A DNA stretch of 64,000 bases from Lepidodermella squamata (Eukaryota; Animalia; Gastrotricha): contig JBLDXI010000060.1 in NCBI GenBank assembly GCA_047495785.1, positions 248,001 through 312,000 on the forward strand. Reading direction: 5' to 3'. Position numbers and translations under genes: made by a program. This document shows, in pieces, positions 12,127 to 21,273 of this stretch. The notes beneath the pieces were generated by a model that was not told the DNA's origin, made no database searches, and worked only from the letters and a program-made list of their open reading frames with translations. Position 1 is the first letter of the stretch, and each line of letters begins with the position of its first letter.

Positions 12127-14253
12127 TCAATAGTAGAAGCGCTTTTTGCGCGGCTGTGGTTTTGGTTCCGCTTCATTGGCTTTGTCGAGCGGAATGGCCG
12201 TTGACGGTGTTTCGTATCCTGGCGGTTGTGGGGCGGTTGGGACTTGAAGTGTCGGCATTATTGTCTGGATTTGGAGCGGATTTGGAGGGCGATTTCTATT
12301 GCAGATGAGGTAAATGATTGCGACGGTGTTCAGTGTCAGTATGAGAGAATTCGCTCCGGTTGGGAGAATCGATAGCAGCGCTGAGTGGGTGTCGTTGGAG
12401 GAGCCGATTTGTCCAACGTAGATACTCATCAGCTGCGTGAAGAGACCTAATTGGGCCGAGCTGGCGCTGATATTTTCGACGAGCCGCAGTGTTGTAGCAT
12501 CATTCCGGTTGAACTCGTCACGCATGGTTGAATCCTTAAGGCTGGCGACGATTTTATCGATATTTTTGCTGTGTTGGGTCGGGTAGTCGCTGGTATTGGG
12601 GTCAAGTAGCTTTAATCGACCCGACTCGGTGACCGTTAGTATCTCTTGGCGCAGATCCTCGTCGCATTCAAAGGCCGATGGGTGTAGTTCGAGGTCGCCA
12701 ATTTTAATGATGTGGTTGCAAGAGAGGTGGAAAATGTGGCCACTTTGCGAATATTTTCGGCTAAAAATTTGTTTTCTGGCGGTGCCATTAACGCGCCAGA
12801 GTGAGACAGTCGCCGGTTTTTGAAGGAGGAACGAGCTGTGGTTGAGTCGCACAACATCGCTGGCTTGTTCGCACCAGTTGAACTCGGCTTTCGAGCTGAT
12901 AACGGGGTCGAGAGCTAAGGCGTGCTCGGAATCAGCGACGAGGCCGGTCTGTTGTAGCCAGTCTGGTGTCGTGGAAATATCGCAGAATTCAAGTGGGCAG
13001 ACGATTTTGTGTGGTGAAATTGTGGTACAGGCGTCGAGACAGCTGGTAGGAAATAAGCGGACGGGCTGGTCTGAGCATTGGATGGCGGACATGCCGATGT
13101 AGACAGATCGCGGGGCCGTTAAACAGCTGCGGTTGCCAAGCAAGCTGATCGGGGACAACGCGATGATGTTGCAGACCGAGTTTCTTATTATCGGAAGTTT
13201 CGCTCGAATTGTAACGTCGATGACATCGGGTTGATCGGCGCCGGTGATGGACATCCAGGCCGAGACAAACAATGGGACACCCTGGGTTAGTAATTTGACC
13301 GTTTCGTTGTGCCTGGGTGAGATTTGTAGCTGGCGGATGATTTTAGTCGCCATGGCCTCGGTCATTTCATAGGTACCGAACGAGCCATCGTTTATGCCTA
13401 CTCGGATGCGTTCGACATGCGCGAACTGGTCACGCATCGCTGCCTGCTTTGTGAAGTGAAAAGCAGTCAGTTTATTGAAGTTGTGCCACTTCTGCCGATC
13501 GCTGGTGTATTCGCTGGTCAAATTTATGAGCACATCTTCCACGGCTTGCAGACGTTGTCCTAGCCGGTGGGTTTGTTTCGCCAGCAGCATTGTGGCGTTG
13601 CCAATTTGTCTGATTTGAGTCTCATCCTCTTTTAAAGCAGCCGTCGCTGCGTAGAGGGCTTTCTTCGTATTTTCGTCAGTGGTTGAGCAACCGTTGTGTG
13701 AGAATAGTTCGTTGATGCCACGTAGAACTATCGAGGAGCAGATCCAGTCTAAGTCACGCCTGGCGCGGTATCGTTTCCCAGTCACTGTCGACGAGGCGGT
13801 CAGCTTCGCGGTCGACGGCTGGCACTGAGTGGCCCACTGCGACAAACAGTCGAACTCTGAGAATCCGAACGGCGGTATCGGCGTACACCATTTTCCGAGA
13901 TAGGCGGCACATGATTTCAATTTGTCCCAAGGCGACGGAGCGAGCGATGTCCCAGTTTCCTCCCAAAAATCGAGTACGTGTTGAACTTCCTCCGGATAAA
14001 ATTGGCGAATAAATTTCGGCTTCTGAAACTCAACTTGCATATTCAAGGCGGTTAAAATCACGTCGTCGAACATGTAGACCAGCTGTTTCTTAGTGCCTTT
14101 GAGCAATGTCTGCGGGAAAATCACGTGGTCAGAAGTGAAAGCGTCCGTGTTAAGTTCGATTTGCCGTTTTGAACGAGTAGCGCTGGCTGAAGAAATTAGC
14201 GAAGCGGCGAGTGTGGCTACGGCAAGCCACAGGCGAAGGCCAGTAAGCGACAT
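12127..14253 (-). CDS. env: Envelope glycoprotein, class I fusion-protein architecture (708 aa)
   Basis: Signal peptide, RSKR and RYRARR furin-type sites, putative fusion peptide, long heptad repeat, Cys-rich domain, N-glycosylation sequons, C-terminal TM and cytoplasmic tail; lies between pol and the 3' LTR. Confidence 0.88.
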   Translation of the reverse strand: MSLTGLRLWLAVATLAASLISSASATRSKRQIELNTDAFTSDHVIFPQTLLKGTKKQLVYMFDDVILTALNMQVEFQKPKFIRQFYPEEVQHVLDFWEETGTSLAPSPWDKLKSCAAYLGKWCTPIPPFGFSEFDCLSQWATQCQPSTAKLTASSTVTGKRYRARRDLDWICSSIVLRGINELFSHNGCSTTDENTKKALYAATAALKEDETQIRQIGNATMLLAKQTHRLGQRLQAVEDVLINLTSEYTSDRQKWHNFNKLTAFHFTKQAAMRDQFAHVERIRVGINDGSFGTYEMTEAMATKIIRQLQISPRHNETVKLLTQGVPLFVSAWMSITGADQPDVIDVTIRAKLPIIRNSVCNIIALSPISLLGNRSCLTAPRSVYIGMSAIQCSDQPVRLFPTSCLDACTTISPHKIVCPLEFCDISTTPDWLQQTGLVADSEHALALDPVISSKAEFNWCEQASDVVRLNHSSFLLQKPATVSLWRVNGTARKQIFSRKYSQSGHIFHLSCNHIIKIGDLELHPSAFECDEDLRQEILTVTESGRLKLLDPNTSDYPTQHSKNIDKIVASLKDSTMRDEFNRNDATTLRLVENISASSAQLGLFTQLMSIYVGQIGSSNDTHSALLSILPTGANSLILTLNTVAIIYLICNRNRPPNPLQIQTIMPTLQVPTAPQPPGYETPSTAIPLDKANEAEPKPQPRKKRFYY

Positions 14254-14334
14254 CGAAATTCGTTAATGAGTAAATATCAAGAAGTATTTACAGTTCGAAT
14301 AAATGGTTGATTAAATTTTTCGCTCAAATAAAAT

Positions 14335-17300
14335 CTATACAGTAGGAGAAGAATCTGTATTGTTTGACGATTGTTTCTTTCTCGAAATTTTGGTGATTTG
14401 TGTTCTTCGAGTGTGTGCCTTGCCGGATTTCGGCGATGTTTGAACGACGGGGTTGGCGAATGTTACACGCGTGCGAAGGTTATACGGCTGATGGACGACC
14501 GTAGCGTCAAGATCTGACTTATTGAGCGAGTAGTTTCTGTCGGAGGTGACGCTAGTTGAGGACTTTTCAGGCGTCGTCACGCTTGATTGATTTTTCTCGG
14601 GTGACGAGGCTGGACGGTGTTGCGGGGCCACCGATTGCGGTTGGACAGGTGGTACAAGGCTAACCAAGTCCATGTCGAACTGGAATGGTGTTGGTCGTCG
14701 GTGGAATCCTGGCGATGCTGTCAAATGGCCAGTGTTTTGCATTCGAAATTTGTGGGCTGGTGTTGACGTTATTATTGGACTGAAATGGTCGATGTTTGAC
14801 GGTGCTGACATGGATGAATGGCGATTATCTTCGTCTGAGGTAGACGGTGCTGGCCCAGTTATTATTGGCGGTGACGGCATTCTGGGCGGTGTTTCAGGCA
14901 ATTCTGACGTGCTTGGGGTACGTCGTCGTGGTACCGGTGGCGTTGTTGGCGTCGTAGTCGCCGACGTCGCGGTTGACGGCGTTGTACTTGCGGTCGTTGT
15001 AGTCGGTGTTGTACTTGTAGAAGTCGCCGTTGTAGTACCCGAACTGGCCGAGGTCGGCCTTTTCGCACTACGGAGTATGTACCCACCCGTCGTGAAATTG
15101 TTGTCACGGGTTGGCTCATGGACAATCTGGCGGCTAAGTGTCTGGCGAAGATCAGGTAACGGCGACGCTGCGGCGGCGGGCGGTCGCGGCGCAGTCGACG
15201 CAGGCGCCGCAGCGCCGGGCGGCGCACTAGACTTGGTAGCGCTTTTCGTCGACGAACGGGCCGACTGCTGCGCTTGTGAATAGCGATCAGCCGTGGGGAA
15301 ATCGCGCAACCAGGCCAACTTGAGGCGGTTGCGATGGGCAAGGATATCACGACCGGACAGGTCAAAGAAGCGAATAGCGTAAGTAACGGGCGAAACTCGA
15401 GCCACGACGGAATACGGGCCCTTGTAGCGAGATGCGAATTTCGGTATCACATCGGGCCGGTTACTTGGCACGTGGAGGTAGACAAGATCGCCGATATCGA
15501 ACGGCTCGCAATTTCCTGAACTGCGATCATAGCGCTCTTTCTCACGAGCACGCGCGAGTTGGAAACGAGTTCGAACGTCGTCGAAAGCGCGACGGAGTTT
15601 GTCATACAAGCCGTAGGCATGAGTTTCACGCAACTCGTTCTGAGTCTTGGGCTGGGACGCAGGCTTCTCGGCGGAGCACTGCCAGTCCATAGCCAACTTG
15701 GGCATGTGACCTAGCATAAGATATGCTGGTGGGTGGCGATGAGTCGAATGGTGAGACGAATTGTAGCCGGAGCAGCAACCCTTGACGAAGCGGCACCAGT
15801 CGAGGTGCTGGCCGGGCACGACGTATTTCGCAATGCAGTTATTCATGACTAAATTCAAGTGTTCGCAATGGCCGTTAGTCTGCTGGTGATAGGCGGAGCT
15901 TTTAATACGACGAATCGCAAACGCATCAGTCACGTCCTCGATGAGCTTGGAGATGAAGTAGCGGGCGTTGTCATTGAGCAAAGCACGCGGGCTACCGAAA
16001 ATGTAGATCCAGTCGAGCAATTTCTCAATCACGGTTTCGGACTTAATATCCGGAATGGGCTCCCACAGCGTGAAGCCACTGAAATGATCGGAAATGATGA
16101 GAATATAGCGCATTCCACGACGAGACGTAGGGTATGGACCGGCTACGTCCCAGGTGAGAAGCTCATTCACGTCATGCGAGAGGATGGGCTCCATCGGAGC
16201 ACGTGGATGTTTTACAGGGTGATCACGAATTTGGCACACCGCGCATGATTTGACGTATTCAGCAGTAATTTCCTCGTAATTGCGGAAATAGAATCGATCT
16301 TTTAAGGTGGATAGGGTGCGTTCAACGCCGAAATGACATTTCTCGTCATGCATAGCGTGAAGCACGGTGACGATGAGATTCTCAGGTACGACGATCTGGT
16401 AACCCGATTCAGAGGCAGGGTAGTAGCGACACAACAAGCCATCAGGCGCTATGAAATACTTGCTACGCTGCTTTTGATTGTGACGAAGGCGGCGTTTCTT
16501 GGAGCGACAACGACGATCGGCGGCTTGCGCCGAAATCAAAACATCGCGAGTCAGGTTAACGCCACACGGCGTGAGGGAGCGGAACGGGTCGCCCTCGTGG
16601 TACGCGTTCTCGTCGACAACAACGTCGTCATCGAAAGTAAGATCGGACGTCATAGCGTTGATGCTGGCCGGGAGTGGCGTAGCTCGATCAGGCATACGCG
16701 ACATCGCATCGGCATTCGCATGAGTTGAACCTCGGCGCGTTATTATATTCAGCGGATATTGTTGTAGGATCATCAGGTAGTTGGACAACCGACCTCCGGT
16801 GTCCTTCCAGGTGTTCAAAGTACGAAGAGCAGCGGCGTCAGTAATGACGTCGGTGGTAATCGAATTCAAACCCGGCGAGATGTAAGGCTTAATCTGCTTC
16901 AGCCCGTACAGGACGGCAAGAACCTCACGTTCACAACTAGAATAATTGCGCTCGGCCTTAGTCAGATTTCGAGAACCGAAAGCGACTGGGCGCCGGGTAC
17001 CGTCGTCCTGGTCTTGTTCGAGAACGTAGCCGAGACCGGACCCCGACGCGTCAGTCGATAAAATAAATTTCTTGTCAAACTGAGGAAAGGCCAAACAAGG
17101 CGGCGAGATCAACGCCTTTTTGAGCTCATTAAAAGCGTTCTCGGCATCCTTATTCCAGTGAAAGTTGTTCTTACGTTGTAGCTCGTATAACGGAGCTGCG
17201 ATCATCGCAAAATTCTTGATAAATCGCCGATAATATCCGGCTAACGAGGTAAAAGCTCGAAGTTCGCTAACCGTCGTAGGGACGGGAAAATTCTGGACCT

Positions 17301-19017
17301 TCGAAACTCGGTCCCGAAAGATAGATAAACCATCCTGGCTAATAGTGTGGCCAAGATAGGTGATGGAGCGACGAAAAAGTTGGCATTTCGAACCCTTAAT
17401 TTTCAAGTTCATTTTACGCATGCGCTCAAGCACGACGCGGAGATCATGAAAATGTTGTTCTTTATTCGGGCTGAAAACTAGAATATCGTCGAAATAAGTG
17501 GCGACGATGCGGCCAAGTAAACCAGTCATGCAGAACGTGAGCAGACGGTTCCAATAGGCCGGGGCGGTTTGAGCACCGAAAGGCATTCTATTCATGGTCC
17601 AGGACCCTTGGGATGATCTGAACCCTAAATATTGCTTTGAATCTTCGGACACTTTCATGTGAAAATAAGCCTGATTTATATCAATAGCTGAGAAAATGCG
17701 TGCTTTCGACAATAAATCAAACTGGCTCCAAATTTGCGGTATTGGGTGTGAGCCGTCATTCACAGTCATGCTATTTAGGCGGCGAAAATCATGGGCTAGG
17801 CGCAGTGAACCATCCTTTTTCCTCAGGGCAAGGAGGCAGCTACTATACGGCGTAGCGGCCGGCTCAGCAATGCCGTGTTTAACCCAGTCTTGTATTTCCT
17901 TCTCAACCATTTCCCTCTCATGATGCGACTGACGCCGAAGCGGCTGAATGAACGGCGGGCCTTCGACCTTGACCTTGAACTCAAGGGCATCGCACAGACC
18001 GATATCCAGCCTATGGCGCGCGAAACAATCCTTGAATTCGCTCAACAAACTACGCATTCTACGGCGTTCATCAGTGGATAGTTCCGACTTTTCCAAGTCG
18101 ACATCGGGCTCCCAGTCATCGCGGGCGTCGGCCGGCGGCGGCGACGGCCGTTTGGATGACTGGCGGTTACGATCAGCGCCTATTATGTCTATGTGGACAC
18201 CCTCGACGAGAAAGGCGGCGACTTTTTGGCCTTTATAGATTTTCACAGGTGATCGCCCGGGGTTGAGTAACTCGACCCAAATACGACCCTCATCATCTAC
18301 CTTGGAAATTGAGCGTGAGACGACAAATTCGCGCTCATGATTTTGCGTGTCGCTAGGCTCGTCATGTAAATTATCACTAACGACGGTTTTTCCCGTAAGA
18401 CCATGACCCGTAATGCGTGCACGGACGCGGATGGGCTTACCCGGCGGAAGAACTACATCATCCAAAGACGCTGCACGCAAATCCGGATGCGTGACTGCGT
18501 TTATGGCGTACGGTGAATACGGCGCGGCGTGTAACGGAATAGAACCCGCGTCATCACGCAGAAAAATAACATTACGAGAATTGCTTATACTGTCGGCGAA
18601 TTTGTACGTAAAATCGTGACCTAACAAGCCGTCGGCATGCAAATTCCGAATGAAATAAAACTGGTGTAAAAATTCGTGTCTACCGAAGCGTATCGGGATA
18701 GTCGCCTTGCCCAAAACTTGCAAGGGCTGGTTATCAGGCCCGTTGGCTTTAGCGGGCTCAAGGCGAATACCAGGGTAAAGAAAGCGGGCATCGATGCAAC
18801 TATGAGTCGCACCGGAATCGAGAAGCATGGCAACATGCCGAAGTGAGCAACTATCATTTTCAGCGACGTCAACTAAATCCATGTGAGCGACGAGGCCGCT
18901 CGGAGCGTGTGAACAAGAAGAAGACGGTAAAGTAGTGACAGATGAAATAATAGCGGGACAGGTGGCATCGGCGGAGGCGTGTCCGGTCCCATCGGACGGC
19001 CTCCTTAATAGTTTAAA
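14335..19017 (-). CDS. pol: Pol polyprotein (protease, dUTPase-like segment, RT, RNase H, integrase, GPY module, long S/T/P tail), entered by -1 frameshift
   Basis: LLDSGAT protease, YFDD RT, STDASG RNase H, HHCC zinc finger, DDE core, KGPY module; the -1 frame is open from the slippery site to the first Met at 18882. Confidence 0.95.
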   Translation of the reverse strand, partial: FKLLRRPSDGTGHASADATCPAIISSVTTLPSSSCSHAPSGLVAHMDLVDVAENDSCSLRHVAMLLDSGATHSCIDARFLYPGIRLEPAKANGPDNQPLQVLGKATIPIRFGRHEFLHQFYFIRNLHADGLLGHDFTYKFADSISNSRNVIFLRDDAGSIPLHAAPYSPYAINAVTHPDLRAASLDDVVLPPGKPIRVRARITGHGLTGKTVVSDNLHDEPSDTQNHEREFVVSRSISKVDDEGRIWVELLNPGRSPVKIYKGQKVAAFLVEGVHIDIIGADRNRQSSKRPSPPPADARDDWEPDVDLEKSELSTDERRRMRSLLSEFKDCFARHRLDIGLCDALEFKVKVEGPPFIQPLRRQSHHEREMVEKEIQDWVKHGIAEPAATPYSSCLLALRKKDGSLRLAHDFRRLNSMTVNDGSHPIPQIWSQFDLLSKARIFSAIDINQAYFHMKVSEDSKQYLGFRSSQGSWTMNRMPFGAQTAPAYWNRLLTFCMTGLLGRIVATYFDDILVFSPNKEQHFHDLRVVLERMRKMNLKIKGSKCQLFRRSITYLGHTISQDGLSIFRDRVSKVQNFPVPTTVSELRAFTSLAGYYRRFIKNFAMIAAPLYELQRKNNFHWNKDAENAFNELKKALISPPCLAFPQFDKKFILSTDASGSGLGYVLEQDQDDGTRRPVAFGSRNLTKAERNYSSCEREVLAVLYGLKQIKPYISPGLNSITTDVITDAAALRTLNTWKDTGGRLSNYLMILQQYPLNIITRRGSTHANADAMSRMPDRATPLPASINAMTSDLTFDDDVVVDENAYHEGDPFRSLTPCGVNLTRDVLISAQAADRRCRSKKRRLRHNQKQRSKYFIAPDGLLCRYYPASESGYQIVVPENLIVTVLHAMHDEKCHFGVERTLSTLKDRFYFRNYEEITAEYVKSCAVCQIRDHPVKHPRAPMEPILSHDVNELLTWDVAGPYPTSRRGMRYILIISDHFSGFTLWEPIPDIKSETVIEKLLDWIYIFGSPRALLNDNARYFISKLIEDVTDAFAIRRIKSSAYHQQTNGHCEHLNLVMNNCIAKYVVPGQHLDWCRFVKGCCSGYNSSHHSTHRHPPAYLMLGHMPKLAMDWQCSAEKPASQPKTQNELRETHAYGLYDKLRRAFDDVRTRFQLARAREKERYDRSSGNCEPFDIGDLVYLHVPSNRPDVIPKFASRYKGPYSVVARVSPVTYAIRFFDLSGRDILAHRNRLKLAWLRDFPTADRYSQAQQSARSSTKSATKSSAPPGAAAPASTAPRPPAAAASPLPDLRQTLSRQIVHEPTRDNNFTTGGYILRSAKRPTSASSGTTTATSTSTTPTTTTASTTPSTATSATTTPTTPPVPRRRTPSTSELPETPPRMPSPPIITGPAPSTSDEDNRHSSMSAPSNIDHFSPIITSTPAHKFRMQNTGHLTASPGFHRRPTPFQFDMDLVSLVPPVQPQSVAPQHRPASSPEKNQSSVTTPEKSSTSVTSDRNYSLNKSDLDATVVHQPYNLRTRVTFANPVVQTSPKSGKAHTRRTQITKISRKKQSSNNTDSSPTV
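18955..19017 (-). promoter_or_regulatory. -1 ribosomal frameshift signal (UUUAAAC plus predicted pseudoknot)
   Basis: T TTA AAC at 19017-19011 in gag phase, 6-nt spacer, stem GGAGGC/GCCTCC plus GTCCG/CGGAC, loop GGGAC complementary to downstream GTCCC. Confidence 0.85.
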
Positions 19018-20465
19018 TGATCGCCACGCTGTTCACGCGCGTCATAAGACAAACGCGGCTGATAATCACGATCGCGCGACGGAGTACGGCGCATGCCGCG
19101 CTGATGATAGGGCGAGTGACTAGAACGGTAGTCATCGCGAGAACGACACTGATCGGCATAATGACCAGGGCGGTGGCATTTATCGCAAACAGGGGTGCGA
19201 GGACGGCGATCGTCCCGCTGTTGTAGCAAATCGCGCATCTTGGAACGGCACTCGGCCTCGACATGGCCGGGCTTCGAGCAATAATAGCAGGACGGGCGCG
19301 AACTACCACGCCGATTATCATTATTAGAAGTGTTGTTATTATTATTACCGTTATCGCGGCTGCGGTAGGCGGACCGGTTGTTGTAACTACCACGGCCCTT
19401 GTCGCTGTAGCTCGGCTTGTTGCGACCAAGCTCCTGAACCTGCGCGGTCAGCGCGTTGACAGCTTGAATCAGCGCCGTTTCGGTCGGCTCAGCCTTAACG
19501 ACGGCGGCAGCAGCAGGCGGCGCCGCAGTGGCGGGCGCAGGCGCAGGCGGTGCCAACGAGGCGGCCGCGCCTGGCGCGTAGTGCGGGGCGAGCGCGACCG
19601 GGGCCGGCGGCACATATAGAGGCGTACCTAACGAAGTCGCCGTCACGTGGGTGACCGGCGGCGGCGCGGCGCCAGGCAGGCCAATGGGAAAACCGGCATG
19701 GTTAAGGCCGAATGACGGCTGAGCATAAGGCTGGGGATACGAGGGAGTGTAAGAGACATGGCCGAACCCGGCTGGAAGCAGGGCCTGGGCGCCGGCAGGG
19801 CCGACGCGGATCGAGGTATCCGCGACCTCGGCGAGGCGCAATAACTCCTCGCACGTTTGAGGTACGCCAAGCATAGCCATACGCTCACGAATAGCAGGCA
19901 AAATGCCGAAATAGACCCGATTAACAAGGTCCTTGCTAGTGTTTTCGGGTTCGCCACGCCCGGAATCAATCCACAAACGGCGAATAACGTCATAATACTG
20001 GCGAACGGTCTCGCCAGGGTATTGAGGGCGAGAATAAAACTGCATTGAGGCTAACACGGTGTCCGGCGCAAGGCCAGACGCGGCGAGAAGCGCCTTCCGC
20101 GCCTCATCAAAAGTAGTAAAACCCGAATAGTCAATAGTCGCCCACACCCGCTCAAGTTTGTTCGACAGAAACAAGGGCAGCATGTGGAGGACATGTTGTA
20201 ACGGGTGTAAGTGATTATCAGTGTCGCAAATGTAAGGCGCGACTTTAGCAAAACGACCCCAGGACGAAACGAACTCGTCGTAGGAATCGCCAGAAATCTG
20301 GCCGACACGCACGAGCGCCAGCTCGATAGGCATGGCGAAGGCGGCGGCCGCAGTAGTAGGCGCCGGCGGCGCGGGACGGCCAGGCGTAGCGCCCGTGACC
20401 ACGCCAAAACCGGGAACACCACCAGACAGAACAGACCCAGCAGGGCCGGAGGAGCCGGATGCCAT
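19005..20465 (-). CDS. gag: Gag with two CCHC zinc knuckles
   Basis: First in-frame ATG after the PBS at 20465 (MASGSSG); capsid-like QYPGETVRQYY; CYYCSKPGHVEAEC and CDKCHRPGHYADQC. Confidence 0.93.
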   Translation of the reverse strand: MASGSSGPAGSVLSGGVPGFGVVTGATPGRPAPPAPTTAAAAFAMPIELALVRVGQISGDSYDEFVSSWGRFAKVAPYICDTDNHLHPLQHVLHMLPLFLSNKLERVWATIDYSGFTTFDEARKALLAASGLAPDTVLASMQFYSRPQYPGETVRQYYDVIRRLWIDSGRGEPENTSKDLVNRVYFGILPAIRERMAMLGVPQTCEELLRLAEVADTSIRVGPAGAQALLPAGFGHVSYTPSYPQPYAQPSFGLNHAGFPIGLPGAAPPPVTHVTATSLGTPLYVPPAPVALAPHYAPGAAASLAPPAPAPATAAPPAAAAVVKAEPTETALIQAVNALTAQVQELGRNKPSYSDKGRGSYNNRSAYRSRDNGNNNNNTSNNDNRRGSSRPSCYYCSKPGHVEAECRSKMRDLLQQRDDRRPRTPVCDKCHRPGHYADQCRSRDDYRSSHSPYHQRGMRRTPSRDRDYQPRLSYDAREQRGDHLNY

Positions 20466-20520
20466 TAGACCGTAAAAACGAGAAAATGAGTGTGATGTGG
20501 CGGTAAAAGCAACAGAAAAA

Positions 20521-20535
20521 CCACTTCTGACACCA
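20521..20535 (-). promoter_or_regulatory. Primer binding site, tRNA-Leu type
   Basis: TGGTGTCAGAAGTGG, 6 nt downstream of the 5' LTR; matches the 3' end of eukaryotic tRNA-Leu(CAA) as I recall it. Confidence 0.8.
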
Positions 20536-20541
20536 AAATAG

Positions 20542-20734
20542 TGTAATATCCGGCACGGTACGGATACCACACGGGTTCGATATAAAGAGTAAATAACAGT
20601 CAGGCAGAAATGATCCAAAACTCCTCATTTTATTGTTATTGTGTTTCAGTATTTATACTGCGGCACGCAGGCCGCTTATTGGTTGGTATGCGGACCAATC
20701 GCGCTCGACTTGCGTGTCGCGCGTCCGCATAGCA
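20542..20734 (-). repeat. 5' LTR (193 bp) with CCAAT, TATAAATA (20657-20650) and AATAAA (20634-20629)
   Basis: Identical to the 3' LTR by eye. Confidence 0.95.
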
Positions 20735-21273
20735 ATTACGATGAAATTCGAGAAGGTTGATTCAACGTAGTTCGTTTGTAATGGTTATGACAAAGACAAG
20801 GGCCAGGTTCCACGTTGATAACGTCTCATTTCAAAAGTGCATTGTCTGAGTTTTCTAAGCCTTGCATCGCAAGAGAAACCTTCAACTGATAAGTCACAGG
20901 AACTTCGGTAAAGCAGGCATTTTGTGAAGGGAGCTTGAACAGCCCCTAGTTTTTCGATAGTAATCAGAGAGTAGGTACGGTGAGTAGATTGGGAGTCGTT
21001 TTAGATATTACTCAAACTCAATTATATCTGGGGCAGCTCGTCAGTGTTCCATTCATTATAGTAAAGTTTCCGGTGCCATTTCAATGACATTCGAAAATTT
21101 AACCCAGATCCCGTGTATCATTCCTAACGGCCCACTTATCCACCGGAGTATTGAACATGATGTTGTTCACGTATGAAGCACAGTATCTCGTCGGATTGTG
21201 GTATTTGTTGTAAAGGCAGTCGCAGTAGAAGCGGGCGTTGTCCGAGTAGAGCTCGAGAAAATCGTTCGAGATG
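20735..21273 (+). repeat. 539-bp direct repeat, right copy, abutting the 5' LTR
   Basis: Identical to 11241-11779 by eye. Confidence 0.95.

Larger units (their letters stand above)
11780..20734 (-). mobile_element. Full-length Ty3/gypsy LTR retrotransposon with env (errantivirus-like organisation)
   Basis: Two identical 193-bp TG...CA LTRs, PBS, short PPT, uninterrupted gag, pol (PR-RT-RH-IN order) and env ORFs. Confidence 0.97.

Noticed and set aside
14672-15283. 203-aa Val/Gly-rich plus-strand ORF and other antisense ORFs inside gag and pol
   Set aside because: Expected shadows of GC-rich, low-complexity sense coding; no independent motifs.
20466-20618. ORF-track gag start inside the LTR (537 aa)
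   Set aside because: It is a TTG upstream of the PBS; the ATG at 20465 is the more plausible start.
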